A program made the position numbers and the translations under genes. The notes beneath the pieces are model-generated. The model was not told the origin of the DNA, searched no databases, and saw only the letters and a program-made list of their open reading frames with translations. 64,000 nt of DNA from positions 1-64,000 of the forward strand of contig JALGVJ010000002.1 of the NCBI GenBank assembly GCA_029838195.1, in the 5' to 3' direction. Origin of the DNA: Promethearchaeota archaeon (GTDB taxonomy: Archaea; Asgardarchaeota; Lokiarchaeia; Sigyniarchaeales; SOKP01). Below, piece after piece: positions 32,861 through 42,649 of the stretch; within the stretch, counting starts at the first letter, position 1; the number at the start of each line of letters is the position of its first letter.

Positions 32861-34420
32861 TTAAAAACCAGATTTTACTCTTATTTTAATAGCACGCGAT
32901 TTTAATACATGAATTATTGCCCCAAAATTCATGGCAAGCACGAGGAACATCCCTCCTAACTTCAAATTAAAACCTAATGAAATGGAGAGAGAGAATGTTC
33001 CTGAAGGTATGTCGGTACTGTACACTAATTTGACTAATAAAAAATAAGAACGGTTTTCTTGAGAATACAACCCCATTTCTTTTATATCTGAATTAATTGT
33101 GAATTGAGAAATTGAATTCCCAAGCAAAATAGGACATCCATAATCGTCTGGTTCCGAGTTAAATAAATATATCTCTGCATCAGCAGATTCAGGCTCTTCT
33201 AATTTAAAAAAATAATGATTCACGCTTAAATTAATTGGCAAGCACAATACATGTTTGTCTGATCCTAATGTAAAATCGATCTCCGTGAAGCTATTGATAT
33301 TTAATGGGGGATTCAATGCATCTAATGCAGCATATCCTTGTACAATCCCCCAACCTTGCACGTTATCTTGAATTGTTAATGGTTCGTAGGTTTTATATGA
33401 AGTTAGTGAGATTATATTTTTAAGTTCTAAAGCAGTTAAATTCCGATTTTTTTCTAACATTAATGCTGCTAATCCAGAAACTAACGGAGTTGAACCTGAG
33501 GTGCCTGAATATGTTTCATATTTTTTTCCATTATTAGAAGTAGTTGCTCCATAAATTTCATGAGCTGGAGCGCATGTGTCTGGCTTGATCATTCCTTCGT
33601 GAGTTGGTCCTTTTCCACTCAAGTAATACATGGTGTTCTCATCTACAATTCCTCCCACGGTTAAGGCAGATTTAGCAGAACCCGGAGCTGAAACGGATCC
33701 AACTCCATCGTCCGAGCCTCCACCTCCTCCATAATTTCCGGCAGCAGCGACCACTAGAATATTTTCTCTTACCAATTGTTCTACAGCATCATTTATTTCA
33801 TTTATCAAGTCTACATAATTTTCGTCATATTCTACTCCAAAACTCATGCTTGCTATTCTAATATTATATTTTTCTTTATTTTGGAGGATCCAATTAATTG
33901 CCTTCTTTAATTTCTCTACGTCAGAAACGATTTCACCATTTTGGTATTTAAAAATTTTTAAAATGACAAATCTTACATTAGGAGCAATTCCTTGATAATT
34001 CTTGCTATTTCCACCCAATATGGATGCAGTCCACGTTCCATGCCATGAAATATCATAAGGATGAGGGGATTCTCCATTTACACTATCGTCATAGAATGCT
34101 CTTATTCGTCTTGCCCAACTAATTGTATTGTCATTAGTAAAGACCTCGTGAATGGCATCAATTCCTGTATCTATCACGGCTACTGTTACCTTATTTCCTG
34201 TTAAATCGTTATTCCAAGTATTTTCCGTTAACTTAATATAATCTTTTGCTTGAAATTGAGAATCCAAATCTAAAGGAGTTGAGAGAACGTTTTTCTTAGA
34301 AGGAATATTAAGATGATTCGAGATATTTTCTTTATTTAAATCAAGATATAAGATAGGCTCTTTCTGGGAATGTTGCACTATAATTATCCCACATGGAAAG
34401 CCCCAAATTATTAATATCAA
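32861..34420 (-). CDS. Subtilisin-like S8 serine peptidase, secreted/membrane-anchored
   Basis: VAVIDTG, HGTWTA, AAGN, SGTSGSTP triad motifs; N- and C-terminal hydrophobic segments; true start may be upstream. Confidence 0.9.
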   Translation of the reverse strand: MILIIWGFPCGIIIVQHSQKEPILYLDLNKENISNHLNIPSKKNVLSTPLDLDSQFQAKDYIKLTENTWNNDLTGNKVTVAVIDTGIDAIHEVFTNDNTISWARRIRAFYDDSVNGESPHPYDISWHGTWTASILGGNSKNYQGIAPNVRFVILKIFKYQNGEIVSDVEKLKKAINWILQNKEKYNIRIASMSFGVEYDENYVDLINEINDAVEQLVRENILVVAAAGNYGGGGGSDDGVGSVSAPGSAKSALTVGGIVDENTMYYLSGKGPTHEGMIKPDTCAPAHEIYGATTSNNGKKYETYSGTSGSTPLVSGLAALMLEKNRNLTALELKNIISLTSYKTYEPLTIQDNVQGWGIVQGYAALDALNPPLNINSFTEIDFTLGSDKHVLCLPINLSVNHYFFKLEEPESADAEIYLFNSEPDDYGCPILLGNSISQFTINSDIKEMGLYSQENRSYFLLVKLVYSTDIPSGTFSLSISLGFNLKLGGMFLVLAMNFGAIIHVLKSRAIKIRVKSGF

Positions 34421-34521
34421 GAAAGTTATATATTTTAATCTCGTTTGAACTTAAAACACCTAAAAATCTATAAATGTAAGTTTTTATATTATTATAAATA
34501 AAAGAAAATAGCTTTTTAAAA

Positions 34522-36108
34522 ATGTCTCATAGAAAAAAAGAGCATGTCTTCAAATCACGGTTATTTGCAAGGCAACAACTCATAGAAGGCTGGGACCAAG
34601 AAGTGTTAAATCAAAGTTGTATCTTGATAGCGGGAGTTGGGGCATTGGGATGTGAAATTGCAAAAGATTTTACTTTGATGGGTATTAAAAAATTAATCTT
34701 AATTGATTTGGATACTATTGAAACTTCAAATTTATCCCGACAAATGTTATTTCGTCCTGGAGATGAAGGTAGACCAAAAGCAGAGGTAGCTGCAGAAAGA
34801 TTGAAAGAAATGAATCCTTTCATTGAAATTGACTATTATTTTGAAAAACTCCAAAATATTCCGTTGGATGTGTATGAAGAAGCGGATATAATTGTCGCTG
34901 CATTGGATAATTACAATGCTCGCTTGGATTTGAATAAGCTAGCATTACGCTTGAAAAAACCATTTGTAGAAGGGGGTACAGTAGGTTTTGAAGGTCATGT
35001 TCAAATTGTCATTCCAGAAGGAAGTGGCATTTCCTATGGAAATCGAGAACGAGAAATTGAAAGAGTGGTTAATGAAGAATTATGGAATTTAGATGAAACC
35101 CAATATCCCGATTATTTTAAAGCTCTAAAAAAAATAGAAGAATTGGAAGAAGAAATTGAGAGAATAAAGAGAGAAAAAATTGACCCCGTAAGAGAAGAAA
35201 TTAAAAAGCAAGTTGAAAGTCAATTTGACGATAAACATGCTCCTAAATTATTAAATATTACACCTTGTTATAGATGTCTCGTTCCCATACCCCCTCCCGA
35301 TGATAAATTGATCGCAGCTTGTACGTTAAAAGGATTACCACGAAATAGAAATGATTGTGTTATTAAAGCAGAGGTTAATTTTGAGAAAGAATTTAGCCGA
35401 AAACCGGATTTGAGAAATGATGATGACGTTTTAAAATTAAAAGAATTAGCCCAAGAAGAATTAGAAAAATTAAGAGAACGCGTTTTTGAAGAAAATGTCC
35501 CGCCTGAGAAAAAAAATGCATTAACTGAGGAGGAAATTTTAGAATGGAAGGAAAACATTCGGACCACGTTTGGTCCCGATTTTCAATTTCATGAAATGGA
35601 AAATATTTTAGGAAACAAAATTCCGGCTATTCAATCCGTTAGCTCTATAATTGCCAGCATTCAATCGCAAGAAGTATTAAAATTATTATTTAGAACAAAA
35701 GGTAGAAATATTGGCGACCCCATGTATCCTCCCTATATTAATTATAACGGGGTATATGGGCAGTTTGACATGTTAGACATAATAAAAAGAGAAGATTGTT
35801 TAGCTTGTGGTAAAATAGAAGGGGAAGAGACAATTCATTTAGTAGTTCCTTTTAATGCAGATGTAGGTTATATTTTTAAAGCCTTGCAATTAATTGAGAT
35901 AGATCTTAATCCTGAAGAATGGATGATCACGAATTCAATAACTAAGGAAATTGCATGGCATCCTCTAATTCCTCAGTTTAAAGATCCTACAATTAAACTG
36001 AATTCATTAAATATAAAAAATAATGATATTATACATTTGACGCCCCTTGGAAAAGCCCGAGAGCAATTTGAAATAAAAAAATATAATGCTATTATTTCTT
36101 ACATGTAA
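34522..36108 (+). CDS. Ubiquitin-activating enzyme E1 (UBA3/UBA2-like ThiF family)
   Basis: GVGALGCE, D-x-IETSNLSRQMLF, PCYRC, catalytic-Cys segment ACTLKGLPR..DC, second CxxC (CLAC), C-terminal ubiquitin-fold-like domain. Confidence 0.88.
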   Translation: MSHRKKEHVFKSRLFARQQLIEGWDQEVLNQSCILIAGVGALGCEIAKDFTLMGIKKLILIDLDTIETSNLSRQMLFRPGDEGRPKAEVAAERLKEMNPFIEIDYYFEKLQNIPLDVYEEADIIVAALDNYNARLDLNKLALRLKKPFVEGGTVGFEGHVQIVIPEGSGISYGNREREIERVVNEELWNLDETQYPDYFKALKKIEELEEEIERIKREKIDPVREEIKKQVESQFDDKHAPKLLNITPCYRCLVPIPPPDDKLIAACTLKGLPRNRNDCVIKAEVNFEKEFSRKPDLRNDDDVLKLKELAQEELEKLRERVFEENVPPEKKNALTEEEILEWKENIRTTFGPDFQFHEMENILGNKIPAIQSVSSIIASIQSQEVLKLLFRTKGRNIGDPMYPPYINYNGVYGQFDMLDIIKREDCLACGKIEGEETIHLVVPFNADVGYIFKALQLIEIDLNPEEWMITNSITKEIAWHPLIPQFKDPTIKLNSLNIKNNDIIHLTPLGKAREQFEIKKYNAIISYM

Positions 36109-36190
36109 TTTAACACGGCCATTCCATTAAATGAAAAAAAAGTCGTTTTTATCTTGCTTTAATTTTAAATTTATTCATTATCCTCTTAAT

Positions 36191-36808
36191 CTATTGTCTA
36201 TTTTTCAGTTTTTCTCTGACCATTTCTTTTAACTCTCCAATTAAATGAGATTCTATACCTGCTTTTTCCCCGCAAATCATATCTTTTTGCATGTCTCCGA
36301 AAAAGATCGCTTCAGATTTATCTACCTTTAATTCTTTTAATATTTTCAACAAACCATCTGGTTCGGGTTTCCAATGACGCACATCTTCTCTTCCAACGAT
36401 CATATCAAATTTATTTTCAAGACCCAAGATTTCAAGCGCTTTTTTAATTGTTTTTCTCGTATTTAATGACATGATGGCTAATTTAACATCATCTTTAACG
36501 CAAAATTCCTCTAAGTGGTTAATAAAATATAACGATTCTTTTATCGGCGTGCTATTTTCAATATTTCTAACCTCGTGCTCTTCAATTACTTTAAAAAATT
36601 TTTTTAATAAAGTTTCATCTTGTCTTTCTCTAATGTGCGTTAAACACCTTGAAATACTCGTAAATGAATGTTCTTCGCCATAAATCTCATTTACCATGCG
36701 ACTTAAAGTTCGTTTTAATAATGGCCAATCCACTGCTAATTTAATGAGTGTTCCATCTAAATCAAATATGATTAGTCTTTTGTTTTCTAAAGATAGGGAT
36801 CCCATCAT
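36191..36808 (-). CDS. HAD-family hydrolase/phosphatase
   Basis: IFDLDGTL, KPEP, FGDMQKD. Confidence 0.9.
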   Translation of the reverse strand: MMGSLSLENKRLIIFDLDGTLIKLAVDWPLLKRTLSRMVNEIYGEEHSFTSISRCLTHIRERQDETLLKKFFKVIEEHEVRNIENSTPIKESLYFINHLEEFCVKDDVKLAIMSLNTRKTIKKALEILGLENKFDMIVGREDVRHWKPEPDGLLKILKELKVDKSEAIFFGDMQKDMICGEKAGIESHLIGELKEMVREKLKNRQ

Positions 36809-36925
36809 CCTTAATTCTTCCTAATTTGAAAATATTTTACAAAAAGATATCAAAAAAATAAATAAAATAATGTGTTATATAAAACAAGAGCCTGAACGTA
36901 AATTTTGCGCGTGCATGGTGACTAA

Positions 36926-37466
36926 TTAATCCATTGCGTATTTAGCAGTCCATTTTTTTGCTTTTTCCATGAATTTCTTCTGAGAGCGAAAATATTGTTC
37001 ACCAGCTTCATGATTTAATGGATCTCCAGGATTGAAAAAAGGGGGTTCCATGTGCATCATGCCTTTTAAGGCTTCAATAATATTCGTCAGAGTTTTACTT
37101 GGTGTCCAGCCAGAAGCTCCTGTAGCTGCATCTACTTTGCCAACCAAATCCGGATTGAGCAGATCCAAGCAGATATTTAATTTCCCCGGCGGAATGGAAG
37201 AGTCTATATTTGGATGCCACATTAAGGTAACAGCATATGCATTTCCCCAAATTAGTCAGAATCGGCTAATTTAATGGAGGTTGGAATGGATAATTTGGCG
37301 GAAATTTAATCTCAAATACAAATCGCCCTTTTGCATATGGAGTTCCTTCTTTTCCAATGATTGTTAGTCTCAAATGGTCAATACTTCTCCCCCATGGCTC
37401 CAGAATCACGTATTCATCATCTTTAAATACTTCCAATGCTTCCGTATAATCCGTTTCTTCTCGCAT
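36926..37466 (-). CDS. Ubiquitin-conjugating enzyme E2, interrupted by a 31-nt putative intron (exon 1 37466-37274, exon 2 37242-36926; spliced product 169 aa)
   Basis: Exon 1: GTPYAKGRF.FEIKFPPNYPFQPP. Exon 2: AYAVTLMWHPNID...NICLDLL...GWTPS..L..I...P..DPLN.EA. Joined they give the canonical PP-x8-(W/Y)HPN spacing. SD AGGAG upstream of ATG 37466. Confidence 0.9.
37243..37273 (-). other. Putative BHB/BHL-type mRNA intron (31 nt) in the E2 gene
   Basis: mRNA ...C CUCC AU^U AAAUUAG ccgauucuga CUAAUUU GGGG AA^A UGC... gives a 4-bp helix CUCC/GGGG, 3-nt bulges AUU and AAA and a 7-bp intron stem. Excision restores the frame (CCA UAU GCA). Confidence 0.75.
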
Positions 37467-37800
37467 TTTAATATTTCTCCTATATCAATTAATATATGAA
37501 TAACTATCTAGTAATTCTATTAGTTTTTAAAATTTTTGATTTCATAAAATTTTTTATCTTTTGAAATTGATAGAGATCTCTAAGGATTTATCCTATTAAA
37601 GATTATTTATACTAGGAGACATTGAGCATCAATTTTATTAAGACTCATCATGTTTATTTCCTATTCATGTTTTCACCATGGAGCAACTCTTCAATTTATA
37701 AAGATCGAAAAAAATATATTCAGTCGATTATTTTTGAAATCAATGAAATAATGGAAAAAATTCCCCTCTTAACTCAGACTGGTAGAGTGCTCGGCTGTAG

Positions 37801-37855
37801 ATATTAAAAATCGCGCAAGAAGGATCAAGCATCCAATGATCATGCGTCAGCAGGC
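37801..37855 (+). other. tRNA intron at canonical position 37/38 (55 nt)
   Basis: Helix CUGU/GCAG with bulges AG^A and GC^A. Confidence 0.85.
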
Positions 37856-37877
37856 ACCGAGATGTCGCCGGATCAAA

Positions 37878-37911
37878 ATGGGTGTTTTAAATTAATAAAA
37901 ACCCATGATAA
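37878..37911 (+). other. tRNA intron in the T-loop at 59/60 (34 nt)
   Basis: Strict BHB: GCCGG AUCA AA^A UGGGUGUUUU...AAAAACCCA UGAU AA^G CCGGC. Confidence 0.88.
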
Positions 37912-38293
37912 GCCGGCAGAGGGGACCATTTTCTTTTTTTTGATTTTATTTTAGAATTGTCATTTTTTTATAAGTATTAAAATCGTTTATGCTACGAAAT
38001 ATTTTAAGGTTTTTTTCATTGAATTAGTTATTAAATTTTAGACGTCTAAAGATATGGAAAAATTTTAGATGAGGTATTGAACTAATTATCGTCATTAAAA
38101 TATCAGAACTTTTTTTAATTTTTTTTAATTTGATTTATTTTCTCTTATTATATAACATCCAAAATTTAATTTTAATGTAGTCTTTCAGTAAATTGCCTCA
38201 TAATTCCCCCAATTCTTTAAAACATGCCAAATGCAAAAATAATTAATGAGAACACGGAAAAAAAATTAAGTTTATCAATAATTTCCTTATATA

Positions 38294-39580
38294 TTACATT
38301 TCTTCTTTAAACTCTAACTTCGAAAACAGAAATGCTATTATAAGAGGTATTCCAGCTAAACTTACATAATCTCTTATTAATACATTATAAGTACTAATGA
38401 ATAGATAAAAAAATAAAAAAAATAGAAAAGCTGAAGCGATTATTAAAAAAAGGTGAAATTTATTTTTACATTGAATAAGCCCTAAAATAATAGTAATGAA
38501 TATTATAAAAATAGTAATAATAATACAGTTTGTCATTCCATAATTAAGGGTACTCTTTAAGATAGTTACGATGATATTACCTGGAAATATTAATTCATCA
38601 TCTCGCCAATTACTCATTTTACAATTATGCCCTATTGGTGCTACATTGATAAACCAATCTATATCCATTAACATAAATGGTAATATCCACGCTAGGAAAC
38701 AAGAGATTGAAATTATCGAAAGAATAATTGTATTTTTAAATCCATAAATTTTTAAAATATATAAAAAAACAATTACCCCGATCAACCAAAGATGCATTCT
38801 TGCTGCTAAAAGAGAACCAAATAGTATTGAAAAACTTAATACTTTTTTATTTATGGGTAATGGTTCATGTGGGGTAAGTTTAATATATTTGAAAAGAATT
38901 TTTTGTTCAGGAATTTTATCTGGAAGAATAAATAAACACAAGCAAAAAAGAATCTGAATTGTTAAAAGGTCACTTTGCATTACCATTTCTAAAAAGAAAA
39001 AATCAGAAAATGTAATAAATGAGATGATTGGCAAAATTATTTTATCATTTTCCGAGTCAATAAATTTATAAAAAATAAAAATATAAAAGAAAACTATTGT
39101 AATTAATGCCATAAAAAAAGTATGTCCATTTGTAATTAAATAAATTGGCATGTAAAGAAAATAAGAAAAAGGTAAATTACTGGGTCTTAATCCTAAAGAG
39201 CTCATGGTATAATAAGGATTTTCACCCCTAAAAATAGCTTCAATACAATTCCTAATTTCTTCATCTCTGTCAGATTTGGTCCAATAAACAAATGGATTTC
39301 CAACGACGAACATAATAATACAAGCTATAGATAGTAAAATTGCGAAATAAATAACCCTTTTTTTTATACCTGCTAAATATAAAATAATAGAACAAATCAT
39401 TAAGGATAAACCTAAAAAAGTAAAAGAAAAGAGATTTCTAGTAACAAATTTGCTACTAACCAAAGAGATTAAAAATGGTATAAAAATTAAAATTAATTCC
39501 GTAGGAGTTAATTCTTTCTTTAAAGCTTTAAATTTATCGCTATTTTTGATCTTTGTAAAGTAAATTTTTAAATCTCTCAT
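38294..39580 (-). CDS. Polytopic membrane protein, probable GT-C (GT87-like) glycosyltransferase
   Basis: SDRDE...GENPY...LPF luminal loop, about 11 TM segments, next to a DPM synthase. Confidence 0.55.
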   Translation of the reverse strand: MRDLKIYFTKIKNSDKFKALKKELTPTELILIFIPFLISLVSSKFVTRNLFSFTFLGLSLMICSIILYLAGIKKRVIYFAILLSIACIIMFVVGNPFVYWTKSDRDEEIRNCIEAIFRGENPYYTMSSLGLRPSNLPFSYFLYMPIYLITNGHTFFMALITIVFFYIFIFYKFIDSENDKIILPIISFITFSDFFFLEMVMQSDLLTIQILFCLCLFILPDKIPEQKILFKYIKLTPHEPLPINKKVLSFSILFGSLLAARMHLWLIGVIVFLYILKIYGFKNTIILSIISISCFLAWILPFMLMDIDWFINVAPIGHNCKMSNWRDDELIFPGNIIVTILKSTLNYGMTNCIIITIFIIFITIILGLIQCKNKFHLFLIIASAFLFFLFFYLFISTYNVLIRDYVSLAGIPLIIAFLFSKLEFKEEM

Positions 39581-39815
39581 TTTTAAAAACCTTATATTTT
39601 ACTTTAACTTTATAATATAAAATATTCATAGATCTTAATTTTAGTTTATTATATCATTAATAGATAATGAATGAGTAGATCAATATTAAAAACTAAAAAC
39701 ATCATCCAATTTTTTTAATTAATTTGAAATTGGATAAGAATCCTTTTTTTATTAATATTATTAAATTTACCTTACCTTCTTTTTTTTAAAGTTCTTTCCT
39801 TTATTATCGAAATAA

Positions 39816-41042
39816 TTATTTAATTATGCTGTCAATTTCATTTGCCTTAATTATCTTATTACCTCTTAATATTATTCTAATAATTCCTAAAAAAGTTAAA
39901 ATGATTTTTTTAAAATTCAATTTTGACTTTCCAGACGCTCGTTCATAAAAAATTATGGGAATTTCTTTAATACGTGCCTTACTTAGAAGACAAGCATATA
40001 AGATCTCTTCTGTTATTGAATAATGAGTAGATATAAAATTCTTAAGATTAAATTTATTTATAATTTCTTTTCTAAACATTCTAAAACCACTTGTACAATC
40101 TTTAATATTTGTTTGGAACAACATCCTTACAATAAAATTAGATATCAAAGTTAAAATATATCTACCATAACTCCGTCCGATCGCACCTCCATTTTTTACT
40201 AAACGCGAACCAATGATAACATCATAATTATAAATTTGTTCTAAGAATTCTGGAATATATTTTGGATGATGAGAAAAATCGGCATCTAATTCCATCAATA
40301 TATTATAATCATTTTTTTGAAAATAATTTAAAGCCGTTATGCCGGCTAATCCTCGTCCCTTTTCTCCTCTTCTAATTATCAATTTTATATTTCTATATTT
40401 TTTTTGTTTATTATGTATTATTTCAAGTGTTCCATCGGTACTATTGTCATCGACGATAAGAATATCCTTTTCAAAAGGTAGTGAATTTATCAAATCAATT
40501 AGATTTCCAATATTATTCTTTTCATTAAATGTGGGAATGAAAATAAGGATTTTTAAATGATTTTTATCTATCTCTCCCTTTTTTAAATACGTTTTGTATT
40601 GTAATTCTTTACTCCGAGAAAAAGTCCATAGTTTATTTCCAATAAAATTAAAAAAAAAAGCAACACATATAGCCACTAATTCTCCTAAAATATAATAAAA
40701 ACCAAAATATTCTACAAGCATGAAAAGAACTGTGAGATTTACAAATAAAGATATAACACTTACCGAAATAAATTGTGTATATTTTATCATGAGTTTTTCT
40801 TTGAAAACTTCTTTAAAAGTCCAAATTTTATTTAAGGTAAAATTATGGAGGCTTGAAATAATAAAAGCAATAATTTCTGAAATGATATAAAAAATATGAA
40901 ATATTTCTGTAAATAAAAATAAAACTAAAATATTAACAATTGTTCCCAAGCCACCGACCACAGCAAATCTAAATGCTTGGAGAATGATATTCCATGATAA
41001 ATGATCTGAGGTTTCTTTTTCCAATTTAATAGACGGATTCAT
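39816..41042 (-). CDS. GtrA-like flippase fused N-terminally to a polyprenol-phosphate mannose synthase (GT2)
   Basis: RFAVVGGLGT..N...NF.LNKIWTF repeat (GtrA), then IPTFNEK, VDDNSTDGT, LDADFSH, DCTSGFR. Confidence 0.85.
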   Translation of the reverse strand: MNPSIKLEKETSDHLSWNIILQAFRFAVVGGLGTIVNILVLFLFTEIFHIFYIISEIIAFIISSLHNFTLNKIWTFKEVFKEKLMIKYTQFISVSVISLFVNLTVLFMLVEYFGFYYILGELVAICVAFFFNFIGNKLWTFSRSKELQYKTYLKKGEIDKNHLKILIFIPTFNEKNNIGNLIDLINSLPFEKDILIVDDNSTDGTLEIIHNKQKKYRNIKLIIRRGEKGRGLAGITALNYFQKNDYNILMELDADFSHHPKYIPEFLEQIYNYDVIIGSRLVKNGGAIGRSYGRYILTLISNFIVRMLFQTNIKDCTSGFRMFRKEIINKFNLKNFISTHYSITEEILYACLLSKARIKEIPIIFYERASGKSKLNFKKIILTFLGIIRIILRGNKIIKANEIDSIIK

Positions 41043-41267
41043 AGTGATTTTAAAATTAAATTGGGGAATATACCTTATATATTAAAAATTTCGAAATCAG
41101 AAGATTATGCCTTTTTAACACGAAATTTTAGGTTAAAGCAGAATTCAAAACCTAAATATAACTATATCATGTATAAAATAAAAATTATTATTTTTCAATC
41201 GAAATCATAAATTAATAAAATTTTCACTTTTTATTTTTTTAAATCATTTAAAGAATTATATTAATAA

Positions 41268-42649
41268 CTAAAGTTCGACAAGTCCAATTAATTTTTGCTT
41301 TCTCGCCTAAAGGGAGTCTATAGCATGCGGGTCCCCTCCATGGATTAACGTGTATATAACGCGAGCCATCTTGCGCGCCCTACATTCTTCTTTTAATGAA
41401 GTAATCCAGGCGCCAAAGATCTCCTCATAAAATCGATAAAAAACTGCCCGTTTCTTGCCCAACGTGTCCGCATCTGGGTGATGCGGGAATAACAATCCCA
41501 AGCGAGCGGCCCACGTGAGGAGACGGTACACTAAAAATACCAGGGTAATAAAGCAATACTGCCCTTCGATATTTCTTAACATGCACCCCTTCAAGTGCAA
41601 CTCTTGGGACTCGTCCCGATAACTCGTTTCGATGGTTCAGCGCTTCAAATAGGCTTGGATGATGCCCTTGGGACGTTCATTGAGCATGTTGGAAACTAAA
41701 CCGGTCCATCCTTTCTTATATTTCGGGGCAGATTTCCCCGAAGTGTCTCTCATCACCTCTCGCAGGAAGAGGACTCGTTGCACGCCAATTTTAGGAACGA
41801 ATACATCCCGATGAGCCATCAAATAATGGCGCTTTTCCTTGGTCTTGGGATTCGTGACTTCCACGTGCTCAAATTCTGATTCTGCAATATCCTCGTACAA
41901 CTCTTCCACCTTCCAGCGCTTCCGCTGATACGTGACCACCCAATTGCGTTTTATTTTGGACACGTAGAAATAGCCCGGTAAACTCAAGAGCTTCATTTTT
42001 CGGCACGTACCGTTCGGAGTGGTGCCGTTTTTCTAATTCTTGCGGACGTCGATAGAGCAAGCAATCGAGGGGATATTCGAAAGGACCGCCGTAGTAATGC
42101 GTGGTGATCATGGAAAGCCCAAGTATCTCTTTATTGTGGGCCGTGGAGTAAAAATAATCCACGCCTTCGATTTCCTTGCCCGTCTTGGGAATGACATGCT
42201 CGTCAAGCGCAATCACGCCTTTCGGGCGAATGGCAAGAGAAGTAATGGTCTGGAGCGAACGAAGATTATAAAGGAGCATGTCTCTTGCTCTTCTTGCACT
42301 TAGTCGGTGGAGGCTCCGATTCATCTGCCTCTCGCTCTGCCCCCGAACGGTGTTCTCAGCAACATGCTTGACGGAAGCTCCTTCATCCACTAATAAACCA
42401 TGAACAAACGCCTTCACGGCCTTTTCCTCGTTGGGTGGTAAACGCAAGCCATGTTCTTCAAAAAAATTCATGATAAGCGGGTTTTCTTCCACGACTAGCA
42501 TTTTAAGATAAAGGGCTCTTCCTTTCTTATAAAAGCGTACATGATGAGGGTGATATGTCACGCTTTTTCCACGTGAGCCTTTCTCAAGTCATTAGAGAGG
42601 TACAAGGATTTATAAAGCTTCTAAGATACATTAAGTTGTCGAACTTTAG
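41268..42649 (-). mobile_element. IS701-like (DDE) insertion sequence, 1382 bp, defective transposase
   Basis: 14-bp TIRs CTAAAGTTCGACAA (41268-81, 42636-49); 7-bp direct repeat TTAATAA (41261-67, 42650-56); higher GC; transposase in three pieces (IALDEHVIPKTGK; YVSKIKRN; KR*TIETSYRD). Confidence 0.88.

Larger units (their letters stand above)
37763..37928 (+). tRNA. tRNA-Tyr(GUA) with two introns and encoded CCA
   Basis: Acceptor CCCCTCT/AGAGGGG-A-CCA (C1:G72), D arm ACTC/GAGT, anticodon arm CTCGG-CTGTAG^A-CCGAG, T arm GCCGG/CCGGC. Confidence 0.92.

Noticed and set aside
36926-37222. Treating the two E2 ORFs as independent genes or as a simple frameshift
   Set aside because: They are the two halves of one UBC fold separated by 31 surplus nt; a ribosomal frameshift would leave about 10 extra residues in a conserved strand
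37622-37807. 61-aa ORF in the track
   Set aside because: Overlaps the tRNA-Tyr 5' half and its upstream region; spurious
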